DNA of 64,000 nucleotides from Octopus sinensis (lineage: Eukaryota): the NCBI RefSeq assembly GCF_006345805.1, contig NC_043010.1, forward strand, positions 12,648,001 to 12,712,000, written 5' to 3'. Positions 63,246 to 64,000 of this stretch are shown here, piece after piece; position 1 is the first letter of the stretch, and each line of letters opens with the position of its first letter. The notes under the pieces are model-generated. The model had not been told where the DNA came from and did not search any database. It saw only the letters and a list, made by a program, of their open reading frames with translations. Both the position numbers and the translations under genes were made by a program.

Positions 63246-63734
63246 GGATATTTTATGCATTTTATGTTGGTATCAAATCTAGAGACAGCTTGCTTTGTCC
63301 TCAGCAAGACTTAAAGAGTCCGCTCTAGCTTGCATTGTCTGTTTTTCTTCCTGATTAGATGACTGAGAAAGTGAGAGAGGAGACAGTAAGGTGGTGGTGG
63401 GGGGAGGAGCCAAAGGGGGAAAAAGCAACAAAGTGATAAAGGGAAGGGAGAGTGAATGATAAATGTATGTTAGTAAAGGGACTGAGTAAAACACAACATT
63501 GAAATTGCAAGATGACAGAAGAGAAAGAGATAGAGGGAGAAGGGAAGAGAGGAGAGTGAGATGGGGAGAGGGAGAGAGACAGACAGATAAGCAGGCAGGC
63601 AGGCAGGTAGGCAGGCAGACAGACTGAGACTGGCTGAGGAAGATAGAGAGCAATAGAGGCCTACAAAGAGTAGTAGTGAGAGTAGTGAGGAAGAGGGAGT
63701 GATGGCTGGCTAACAGGGAGATTGAATATATGTT

Positions 63735-64000
63735 TCTTTTCTACCCACAGGGGGCTAAACACAGAGGGGACAAACAAGGACAGACAAACGGATTAAGTCG
63801 ATTACATCGACCCCAGTATATAACTGGTACTGAATTTATCAACCCTGAAAGGATGAAAAGCAAAGTCGACCTCGGCAGAATTTGAACTCAGAATGTAACG
63901 GTAGACGAAATACCTATTTCTTTACTACCCACAAGGGGCTAAACATAGAGGGGACAAACAAGGACAGACAAACGGATTAAGTCGATTACATCGACCCCCA
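63735..64000 (-). mobile_element. SINE family B multimer, truncated by the window edge
   Basis: Same junction at ~63905-63925. Confidence 0.8.

Overview
AT-rich, microsatellite-dense, repeat-dominated eukaryotic genomic DNA, most likely Octopus (coleoid cephalopod); this is inferred from the protocadherin type and the repeat landscape. There is one well-supported protein-coding gene, a 6-cadherin-repeat protocadherin on the minus strand. Its large coding exon (29928-27514, phase-0 donor CAG|GTAAGT) can be joined across a ~15.9 kb intron to a small terminal exon not in the ORF track (11599-11441), giving an 857-aa protein ending ...TSPYEEIPGI*, a Src-SH2-type YEEI motif. A splice acceptor just upstream of the ATG implies an unlocated 5'UTR exon. 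Almost all other ORFs are microsatellite read-throughs or transposon relics. Repeats include ~18 copies of one tRNA-derived SINE, ~11 loci of a second, RTE-like 3' ends, R4-like LINE endonuclease fragments, a Penelope-like GIY-YIG relic, Tc1/mariner and possible piggyBac relics, TIR MITEs and non-autonomous Helitrons. Most notable non-coding observations: (1) hammerhead-ribozyme folds in three repeat families, several in inverted-repeat structures, including a palindrome whose only substitution between arms is G5->A in the catalytic core; (2) a 22-unit 110-bp satellite grown inside a retroelement, with a 10-unit higher-order duplication; (3) a Pack-MULE-like element with a 9-bp TSD carrying a mariner fragment; (4) SINE concatemers with the same junction at three loci; (5) a microhomology-flanked local templated insertion. 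All analysis was by eye with no database searches; repeat boundaries are approximate.
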